A stretch of 51,468 nt of DNA from Klebsormidium nitens (lineage: Eukaryota; Plantae; Klebsormidiophyceae). Location: contig DF237245.1 in assembly GCA_000708835.1 (NCBI GenBank), forward strand, positions 1 to 51,468. The letters are read 5' to 3'. Every line of letters begins with the position of its first letter. Within the stretch, counting starts at the first letter, position 1. This document shows, piece after piece, positions 12,637-23,300 of the stretch. The notes beneath the pieces were generated by a model, which saw nothing but the letters and a program-made list of their open reading frames with translations, had not been told where the DNA came from and did not search any database. Both the position numbers and the translations under genes were made by a program.

Positions 12637-14266
12637 GGCCACCCAGGGGCATGCTGTGGAAGCCTGTCAACCAACCTGTTGACCAAGTATCGAAGCAACC
12701 ACGTGCTGTCAAGCCACCTGCCATTGGAAGCGGCCATGCCTTTAATGTGGCCTTATTTGCGTTCTAGACTCTTCTTAGTTGCCTTCATTCGTGTGCTCTG
12801 AAAGTAGATTTACTAAGAAGATTCAGGTTTACTAAGAAGTTTCATACCCTTGCTTTGATGTGGCCAAGCTAAAAGGATATGAAAGCTCTTAGCAGCAGTC
12901 AGGCAGAACTCACATGAATCAGGCAACACCCTAGATGAGTCATCTGGGTGCGATCCAGCATTTTATTGCGAGTCTTTTTGGGTCCCTGTGTCCTCAAGAT
13001 TTGCGTGCCTTCTTGCTGCAACCTTTTTAAGCACGCGGCCCTTAAAATAGCAATTGATAAGAGCAGTGAAAGACTGCAACCCTAAAAGCCATCGCATTTT
13101 ATCAGGGCGTTATCCTTTGCATGAGAGGTGCATTGATAGCACTTCAGGTAATCTGCCCTTGCGCTTACAATCGCATTAGCGCTCCGATGTGCATCCATAA
13201 GCTGCATTATTCCTGATCAGCATTGACTGATGCCCAGCTTACCTTTCTCATTTGTGGCTATTCAGAGATGGTCGAGCATTGGATGCCTGATCTGTCTGCA
13301 CCGCCCCAAGGCTGTACTGCTTGCTGCAAAAAGAAGACAGCGCCCGCGCCTGTCCTTCTTATGCTTTCTCCTGTATTCTTCTTAGGAGTGGCGCTGCTTA
13401 TTCAACTTCACTGACACATTCCAACTTCTATCCTGTTTGTCTCCAAAAGCATATTCCTAGTTCCCATCGCAATCTAAACCTGCTGGTCTCCGCTTCTGAC
13501 GTGATCAGTTCTCGACAGCTACCGTACTACCTACCCTAATGAAAAGTGATCCCTTTAGGCTCCCTCCTAGAATCTTAGCTGTTTGCAGGCGATTGCAAGC
13601 CGCCATAAAACACTGCTTCCCTGCCTCGAGCAGTGAAAAGAGGCGTCGCAGCCACTGCTGCTCTGTCACAGAAGAATTGCGAAGGATTCAGTTTTGAAAT
13701 TTCAAGCGGGGTGGTGAGGCTGGGTCCCCCATCCACGGCAGATAGCACAGCAAATCTCGTATCGACGGTCAAAACAAGAGGGTATATTCACACAAAAATG
13801 TTCAAAACTGCATCATCCAGCCAAACCGCTCATGTTCCTCTTTGCTGAATCGTATTTAATAGTGGCTGGTCAACAGTCACGAACCTGTGTCATTCCCAAA
13901 ATCCAAAAACGTGTGAATGCGTTCGCAGAATGGAACCTTCGTCTGACCTGGCAGATTCATTGGCCTGAGAAGACGACGTGGCTGCATATAACGTGCGTCC
14001 TAGACTGCTTCTCCATCTGCGTCGCGTACCAGCCTTGGTGGCTGCCGCCCTGCTTTGCTATTTGCTTCGAAGCTCTTCTGTTTAGGGCGCATCTTCCCAC
14101 TTCTCTAAGAAAATCTGCTGAAGCTGAACGCCCTTCATCCAAATCAGAGAAGCTGAATCTGAGTTTTCAAGAGTCAACTGCAGCGCCTGCGGCACCCCGG
14201 TGAGGCATCTTGGGCCTCAGTTAATAAGGAGAAGCGAGAAAGGCCGAGAGTGCTTGTATCATAGCA

Positions 14267-17200
14267 ATGGCGGCAGTTTGCACAGCGCCTGGCGCCGCCC
14301 TGGCAGTCCTCAACACTGCCGGGCTGGGCACGAGGCAGAGGGTTTCCAATCGGACAGCAGCAGCCCCCTTGTTGAGCAGCAAGTCTGCTTACCTGGGGAC
14401 CTCAGAATGCTTCGGGTGCACCCTTTTGCAGACCGTGCGCAGGAGGCGGAGCAGGGAAGGAGTTGCAAGAAGCAGTCTCAGGGTGGAGCCATGTGTGGAG
14501 GAAAACGCTTTCCCACAAAAGCACGCAGAGGCTGAGGCCCCCATTGAAAAGAAGCTTAGGGTTGTGGACACCCCCTTGCAGCACTTTTTGCTGCAAAAGG
14601 CAGGGGAGATCTTCAGTTCGGTCCTTAAGGTCGCAAAGCAGCCGGTGCTGGTAGCGGCTCTGGTGGCCATGTTGATGACATCGTTCTCGGGGGATGCTCT
14701 GGCGGCTACTTCTGGGGGCAGGGTTGGCGGGAGCGCCTTTTCGTCGTCGCGCTCTTCATCCTCAGGAGGAGGCAGCTATTCACGAAGTGGAAGTGGGGGC
14801 TACTCATCTGGCAGTTCCTACTCTGCTCCGAGCCTGTAAGTTGATTGTTCAGTGGTCTAACAGTCAACGGGATGCACAAAATTGCAGTCAGCCTACGCTT
14901 TCACTATAGCTGTAGTTTCTGACAAGGTTGCCCTGATTTTTCTCATTTTGGAAGATTCATGAGATTGTCTTCTTGCTGTTTTCTTGAAGGCTAGATCGGT
15001 TGTATCTTGAAGCAGTTCTTGCTCTTCCAATCGAGGATTTAAAAAGAAGGCCGGAGACGAATTGCGAAGAACTCTCTTGAGGAGATTGGTGCTGTTCGCA
15101 GAAGACTACCTTACTTTCCAAAGAGATGGAGACGATCTGTGTACTTTCTAGGGGTCTTATGATGGATCGGCCTTATGCTGGATGGTTTTTTTGGGATAGT
15201 GGCATGTTTTGCCTGATAGTGGCATTGTTTGCCTTGGAGAGCCTGCTTCTCACTTCAGTTAAACTGGTAAGTGCACCAGTTACGCCAAAACTTCTCAAAG
15301 TACTTCTTTTCTTCCTTTGGTGCCTCAGCATTGGACTTGTTTGGGCACTGGCAAGTATACCATCCCATCCTATCTACACCAGCTTTTTATAACAGCTGAG
15401 CACAGAAACAACAGACCAGAGTGAAATAGCACAACGACTATCTGCAAACGCCTACCGTTTTGTCAAACCTAACCCTTAACTTTTCTATCCTTTTCATACC
15501 AATCCTCACACTGATCTTTTCTATCTCACAGCGGCGGAGGCTACGGGTCAGGCATCTACTCGGCCCCCTACGCAGCCCCCTACACCAGCTACTACGGAGG
15601 CTTCTCGCCCTTCGGTTTCTCTCCCTTCAGCTTCTTCGCTCCTAGCATTGGTGTGGGCGTTGGATACGGAGGGAGCAGCATTTTCACTTTCCTACTCTTC
15701 GGCATGCTGGCGCTGTTCCTGGTCCAGACTGTTGGAAGCGCCATTTCGAGCCGCAGCGATGGGGGGATCCTGGGCGGAGGAGACGCTGTGTCAGTCATGA
15801 GACTGCAGGTAAGCTTCATATCTGAGCGCAATGCTTTGCAATGTGTTTGTCTCTCTTGCACAAACATTATCAGCACCATCTGGTGCAAGGAGGCAGATCG
15901 ATGCACCGACACTCATCTCTTGCATCCATTCGCAGTTTCCATACCCTTCCATTTTGCGGCCGTTGTCAACTCATTTCAGTTTTGTATTCTGCCCTGAATG
16001 AGAAGTGGACTTGATTGAGAAGTGGACCTTTGCCCGCGAATTGCAGCATTTTCAGCAGTGTCGCCACTTCCGCTCAACTATGGTACCGTCTGGCCTGACT
16101 TTCGGTTGCTTTTCAAACGAAGTTCTATCATTGGCCCCCTTCTCTACCTTTTCTTGTTGTAGGGAAGGGACTAACATACAAGGAGCATTCCCCTTAAAGT
16201 TCTGTCCTCTTCCGTGGTATTAAAAGGCAACAGATCCATCTCGATGATGCATTTGCTCTTCCGCAAGCAGAGCCGTGTGAATATTGCTTGCAAACCTTGT
16301 CCCATTGAGTCCAACCGCCCCACTGCAGTCCCCTCGAGCAAAAGGCTGCCAGCTAAAGCAGCTGGGTGCAGAACTTCCTTGGAGACCAGACTCCTTGTTT
16401 TTTGTTCACTATTCTTGGCCCTCTCCCTAGGAGGGCCTTCTCTTCGAATCTATTTCGCTACAGGGAGCAGTCTACGTTTCCAATCGTTATGCTTGCAACA
16501 CTTTGATTCTTATCTGCTTCAATTTGAAAAGCAACCAGCAAAATGCTTTATTTGCACACCACTCTTCGCCCTCCTTCCAGGTGGGCCTGCTTGGAAACGC
16601 GCGCACGCTGCAGCGCGACCTGGAGAGGATAGCAGACCGCGCTGACACGTCCACCACCAGCGGCCTGCATTACGTCCTGACTGAGACGGTTCTTTCGCTC
16701 CTGCGGCACCCCGAGTACTGCGTCTACGGCAGAGGGACGGTGAGCTTTCTTGCTGTTTTCTTGCTTCTCCCATGCCTTTTGAGGGAGTTCTCAGGGGCCC
16801 GTGAGCATCTCTGCCGCAGGGAGCATAGAGGCAGTTCCTTCTGCTGTCACGCCACTTCAGTAACTCCACTTCAGACAGACTAAATGACGAAACACTAGCA
16901 GAACGATAGCGAGTATTTCGTCACTTAGTCTGTCTATCCGTTTCGGAGATGTGGTAGAAGTCCAGGTCTAGCTCTGCTTGTTTTGTAAACCACTGGAGAG
17001 GAACTTTGTCATCTTATGGGTGTTGAGTTCCGAGTGTCATTGATGCGCAAGCAGGCTCGTTGGTCTTCCATGCTTCTCGAGGAGGAGTTTGTTTTTGTAG
17101 CGGTCCATTGTGCGTATGAAGCACTTTTTCGTATCTCTTTGTTGTCAGTGTTGTGTATTAACAACCGAGCCGTTCTTTCGTCTGCAGACAGACAAGGCGA

Positions 17201-18604
17201 AGAGTTTCGAGAACGCGGAAGCTTCCTTCAACCAGCTGTCGCTGGTAAGTCTCTCTGCCGGAAAGTCTGACGTAAATTCGCCGCTTGTTATTTTGCCAGG
17301 TCGAGTGATCAGACTGGGCCAAAGAGCGAGAGAATTTTCTCTTGCCACTTGTCTCTTGAGTATAGTCGCCAGCCGATTGTGCAGGACAGCTTATTGCATT
17401 GCGTTTTACAACGGAGCAGCCTGTCATTCAGGTTGGTTCCTGTCATGTTCCTGTTATGTACAGTCTTCTGTTATTGAGGGGCTGAGGTACATCGTTCTGC
17501 AAGCTGTCCCTTCTGAACCACTGTAGTCGTCCGACTTTGATTGTAGACCCGCAGGCAGCCTCTAGCGTGTTTAAAGCCACAGTTTATGAATAACGGTGCG
17601 CTGTTGGTTCCGCTGATCTGTTTTGACGTGTGGAAACTGTTGCCGCTGCCTTGACTCCGATTCTTTCCTGAATTCGTTCTTGTGGTTTCCGCGTCAGTCT
17701 CCGCTTGTTCAACTCTCAGACGTCCCTTTTGCCACGTGGCGTGCAGGAGGAGCGCCGCAAGTTCGAGCAGGAGACGTACGTTAATGTCAACAGCTTGAAA
17801 AAGAAGGGCGGTTTCAATCCAAAGGGCGACGGCTTTGGCAACGAGTACATTGTGGTACGTTATCCTGTCTTCTTCTTGAACCAGAGGAGTTGATGTTGCA
17901 GTCAGTCGGCCTTTTAGAGTTCGTGGGAAGAGGTAATTGGAATGTTTACCGTTTTCTTCCCTGCGTGGTAGTGGCAAGCGGACTGCTTCCTGCGTTTGCG
18001 GATGCATTCGGAAGGCAGTTTGAGCGTACTTGGAGACAGCTGATGAATGTTCTGTACAGCGCGTCAGGCAAATGGGGATGCTTGAGTCTAATCGTCTTGC
18101 TGACGCCCACCTGCTCAATAATGTTTGGAACATCACCCTATCAATCAGCTGTTATCAGATGCTTTGGTGGCCTCTCAACCCCACACCTCTTTGCCAGCGC
18201 TTTGGGCGGAGTATTGGCGGCGCTAGTTCATTGTCTGCAACCTTGTTGTGTGAGGAGGATTGCGTCCGTTCTTATTGGTACTTTCGTAGGGAATTGTTGA
18301 TGATTGCAAGCTCTGTCTCGTTCCGTCGCCTTCGATTCCTTCCGTGCCCCAACTTTGCTGTGGTTTCTCCAACTCACTCCTTTTCTTTCCTCTTCAGGTG
18401 ACAGTGATCGTAGCCGCCGAGGGCAACCTGAAGCTGCCGTCCGTCAGGTCCGCAGAGGACTTGCGGCAAGCGCTGACGACCCTGGGTTCCGTACCGGTGG
18501 ATCAGCTACAAGCGGTGGAGATTCTTTGGACGCCGCAGGACGCCAACGACACGCTGTCGGAAACGGAACTGCTTCACGATTACCCCTCGTTGACTGCCTT
18601 GTAA
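14267..18604 (+). CDS. FLAP1: DUF1517 family chloroplast membrane protein, FLAP1-like, 6 exons, 458 aa
   Basis: join(14267-14835,15532-15808,16581-16739,17188-17244,17747-17854,18398-18604) = 1377 nt. Ser/Ala/Arg-rich transit-peptide-like N-terminus, GGRVGGSAF motif, hydrophobic segment, LQVGLLGNARTLQRDLERIA, ETVLSLLRHPEYC, EERRKFEQET.VNVN, NEYIVVTVIVAAEG, AVEILWTPQ..NDTLSE.ELL.DYP. Confidence 0.92.
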
Positions 18605-19261
18605 ACCTAGTTGGTTGCTTTCGAACATTCGGTGTGCAGCGTTTGTCCGTTCACTTCCCATGTGGAGAAGTCGGTTTGTTGCGTGCCCAGCCTTAGAGAT
18701 TGTACTGCATGTCTTAAGAACACTCTGTCGTGTGTTAGATTAGTCGAGTTGCTCAAAGACATGGACATGTGTCATCGAAGCTTCATTGTACAGGCTTAGC
18801 GAGCTAGCAGTTGCTGACGAAACAATTATTGACAGTGTTGCTTTGCTTTGCCTAGCTCTAGATGACCATCCGTGCGTGTAATGTGCATATTAAGCACAAA
18901 CGGCAATAAGTGCAATTGGATCGAGTGATCAAAGCTAGTTTCCTCAAAGTGACACATGTTCTTGGATTTGAGAGGGTCAACTCAATGAGTAGAATTCGAA
19001 CACGTGGCCCGCCATGCCTGCTGGCAATCAATATAATCCGGCTATTCGGAAGACGTCCATCTGGCATCGGGTTGCATGAGTGGCCGGCCAAGTAATTCTC
19101 GTAAGAGATGCGCGTCGCAATGCAGTTGTTTGCAGCAGCCGCGCCGGCCTGCCATGCAGCCCATGAGTCCCCTGAGCCAGTATGTGTCCGGCACGCATTA
19201 AGTCATATGATGATTGGATCAATGTACGGTGCACACGGGCGCCGGGCCTGCAAGCGGCATT

Positions 19262-19296
19262 GAGTCGATCCTCGTCATGATCGAGTCGATCCTCGT
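19262..19296. repeat. Short intergenic tandem duplication, 21-nt period
   Basis: gagtcgatcctcgtcatgatc followed by gagtcgatcctcgt. Confidence 0.85.
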
Positions 19297-19920
19297 TTGG
19301 CAACGCGGACTAGCTCACCACATATATGGCGCGTGAAATTTCAAAGTCATATCACCGTATGTAGCGTGTCCGCGCATATATAACACATTATCATAGTATA
19401 GCTGCATTGGAAACATATGCCATGAGCTCTATGCATAATTCGACAATTTCTCATGCACACAATTCACATGTGCGACGCTTGCAGCCGGAATATCCGTGCC
19501 ATCCTCTGATAGTCGTCGCAACGTACAAATATTCATGCAACCTTCGATTATGCAAGCGGTTTGCATCCTGCAGCCGATACAGCTTTGATTCAGTGACGGT
19601 TCTATAAGGAAGGCTCAGAGACGGTTGATCCGGATCTTCGTCGTCACTCCAAAGGCGCACCCTAGCTGGTCCTTTCCAGCGGACGTCGAGCTACGGATTC
19701 ATGCAAGGCATGCACGCCAAATCCTACTGCATGGGTGCGGGCCGGGCGGATCAGGTCACCGTGTTAACAGATAGATGAAACCACCGGTGAGTTGCAGTTG
19801 CCCCGTCAGCAGAGCAGCAGCGGCGATTTGGTAGCTGTAATTATGGGTTCCACGGTCGCCCTAGAGACCTTACGCGCGCGTAACGTGAACGCATCATTGG
19901 GCAGGGCAACATTCATTCGT

Positions 19921-19962
19921 CAGGGCACCAAGCATGACGGCAGGGCACCAAGCATGACGTAA
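19921..19962 (+). promoter_or_regulatory. 20-nt tandem duplication carrying two TGACG motifs, about 390 nt upstream of the AKR start codon
   Basis: cagggcaccaagcatgacgg cagggcaccaagcatgacgt aa. The repeat is certain; a regulatory role is only inferred. Confidence 0.35.
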
Positions 19963-20351
19963 GCGCGCGCGCGGCCGCTCGCGCTTGAAGCTCCTGCTCG
20001 CAGTATCGCAGGCTCCATCATGGCATCTGCTTAGGCGCTCGATGAGTTGTTTGTCAAATCGAGCGAAGGTCACAGGTGGCCGCATCTTTTTGCGCATGGC
20101 GGCCTTGACGGTGGGTTCGAACGCGCGCAAACCTGGAAAGCTAGTTACAGAGTCTCTCCTCCTTCCAGAATTATCACGAAGAGCTTCTTGTTTTGCCCCT
20201 TACTGTCTCCTCCTCAGAAACCACTCCCCAACCCACATTTGCGGATCAGCAGGGTCGTTGCGTGCTTCGAGAAACACAGAAGGCAGAGAAGGTCTGCGAA
20301 TCTTTTGAGCAATAGGGATCGCTTTACGTCGCCGTTGTTGCCAAGGCAGAT

Positions 20352-23300
20352 ATGGCAAATGCCAACGAGCCGCCCGGTGGCTATGCGGAGATCGCGAACC
20401 CCCCCCAAAACACCGTGGTCAAGATTCCGCGGCTAGGTTTTGGCACTTATCAGATTCCGCCTGGATATGAGACGGAACAGGCGGTTTCCGCTGCCCTGAA
20501 GGTTGGCTACCGCCACATTGATACAGCGGCGGTCTACCAGAATGAAGAGTCTGTGGGTATGTGCCTCTCTCCTAGGGAGCTATCTCTTGCGCGCACTCCC
20601 TCAATCTTCGTGTGCTTTTTTTCCTTTGCTTGCAAAAAGGATCTTGGACCCAACCGCCAATGAATACCTGTGCGAAGAGCTTTTCCCCTGAGCAGCTAGT
20701 TCCCTCGTTTTATAAGAAACTGCTGAAAGTGGCGACTCGCAGATGGATAAGATTCAAACACAATGGGTGTCGCATGCGGAATCTGCTTGCAGCGCTTCTT
20801 CTGTGCTCCGATCCCTTGCATTTTAGCTTGGCTGACGACTTGAATGCATGCAAAGATTCTATCCTAGATGCGGCTTCTATCCGCGAAAGATATGGAGGCA
20901 GGAGCCCTTACAGAATAGCAAATGGGGCAATGTATGCTTACGTACTATCTCCATGCGGATCATCTTCGAGCTGCAGCCGTTGAAAAGGTCTTCTCATATT
21001 TGCCAGTCAAGACATTTCAATCAGAATGTGTCAGAATGCGAAAATGCTCTTTGGATGTAACCTCATGTACAGCAGTTGCTGTTTGCTCCATCGAGAGTGG
21101 TTGACCGCACAAGATTCATCTGACTGAGTTGATCGACCAGAATTTTTAAAAAAGAAACAGAACCCGCAGGATTACCAATTGAAGAGGCGCAGCTCTCTCA
21201 TTGGTTCTGTATCGACGAACTTTGTCGTTCGATTCGGGTGCGCGATCCAAGGCAGTTGAGGTAAAAAGCACCCATCTTCAGTGTCCCAAAACCGAACAAC
21301 CTATTCGTCGACCGATACCCATCAGCGTCTACTTTCGATTCAGGTGCGGCGATCAAGAAGAGCGGGCTTCCCCGTGAGGAAATCTTCGTGACGACCAAGC
21401 TGTGTAACAGCGACCCCGGCTTTAATTTGTCAAACCAAACAATCTGCATGATGTTTTTCTGCTTCATAATCATCCAACAGTGACTACGGCTTGGACTCAG
21501 GTGCGGCGATCAAGAAGAGCGGGCTTCCCCGCGAGGAGCTCTTCGTGACAACCAAGCTGTGGAACAGCGACCACGGCTTCGAGCGTACGCTGCACGCCTT
21601 TGGGCGGAGCCTGCACAAGCTGGAACTCGACTACGGTAAGAGATGTGCGCCCAAACGTGTGTTGCTTGTCCCGAAAGAGAGTGGAGGATCTGTATTCTAC
21701 TTCGTAAGTTTTTGAGGCTGCCGTTTTTTCTTCATTTCCGCAATGGCAAACATTCTGATTTAGGAGACTTGGATTAAACGAGGGTGTATTTGCTTTCACG
21801 TCTACTTTTCTACCCGCAGTCCCTTTGAACTCAATTTTATGGTTCGTGGCGTTCTCTTGGGTTTACTATAACCGCCTTTCGTCCACTTGGCTGCAATCAA
21901 TTGATCCCGTCAGAAGTGGCTCAGAACGGGGTCTTGGGTCCTTGCGATTTGAGTTCTGATCGAACGGTGTGGAGCCGTCATCAGCTGGTTGCCAATTTTT
22001 ATCGTGATGTTTAAACGCTCTTTAATGATGACCTCGCCTGGTCCCTAAAGATTCTGCAGGACGTTCTTGTTGGTACCCGCTTATGAATCTTTTGAGCCGT
22101 AATTCGGCCCGTTCAACGCAGCCGATGTGTATTAGATCTACCCCTCGCATGCCCCCGCACTTACGACGAGACGTCGTCAGCGTAACTTCGTCCACAATTT
22201 GCTCTTGACTTTCCAACTAAAACCGATTTCCGCAGTTCAGGTAGCGGGATTAGGACCTTGTTGTTACCATCCCTTAACCCGCAGTTGCTCTGTACCTCGT
22301 GCACACGCCCGGCAGCCCGCGCACGCGCCAAGACGTGGCGCGCGCGTTTCAGCTTTCTTCCCATAACCTTTGAAGACAACCTCTAACTAAACAGTTTTCC
22401 GCTCCCTTCTGGTGGCGCAAAGCAACCTCGATTTCCGTAACCCGCAGTCGACCTGTACCTGGTCCACGCGCCCGGCAGCCCGCGCACGCGCGACGAGACG
22501 TGGCGCGCGATGGAGTCCATCCTGGAGGCCGGCAAGGCACGCGCGGTGGGCGTGAGCAATTTCGGCGTGAAGCACCTGGAGCACCTCCTCAAAATCTGCA
22601 ACTACCGCCCCGCCGTCAACCAGGTCCGGACACGTGTGGCTCGTCTGACGTCCGATTTGTCGCCGCCGTTTTTGGAATGTTACCGAGCTTTGCGGATAGT
22701 CTTCGACTACCGCCCCGCTGACAACCAGGTCCGAAATCATTTTGCTTGTCGGACGTCCGAATTCTCCCCCCTTTTTTCGTTGGAAGTAACTCAGCTTTTT
22801 CTGGGGACAGTCTTCAAGTATCGCCCCGCCGACAGAAAAGTTTGAAACGAGACCCTTCTGGAAGATTATGTACGGCTTTGACGGTTTGCAGCTAGATGAT
22901 GAAAGAGTAAGTACCATCGACCGTCCCCCACCGGCCCGCCGCCCTGTTTAAAACATCCAAGCTTTCAAAGCTTTGGCCCGGCTTTCAGCGCGTGCATCTC
23001 ATTTGCCGTGGATGCAAGTGCCTTGTTTCCGGCCTTCACTTAGTCCGCCGGAACGCCTCGCAACCTCTAAAGCGGCACGCAGTTTGGGGGTCACGTTTCC
23101 TCCGTGTTGTCGTCGTTGTTTGTTGCAAGAAACTGCTCTCAGAACTGCCCAAACACCTCGTCTGCAAGGACCGCCAACGCTCAGGGTCCCTCTCCTTCTC
23201 ACGGTTCAAAAATGCGCGCGCGCAGATCGAGCTGCACCCGTACAACCAGCGCAAGGACATCGTGGGCTACTGCCGCGAGAACGGCATCGCGCTCGAGGCA

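Noticed and set aside
12740-14260. Possible additional 5' exons of ECO1 among the small ORFs here
   Set aside because: No candidate combined recognisable homology with compatible splice sites, so none was annotated.
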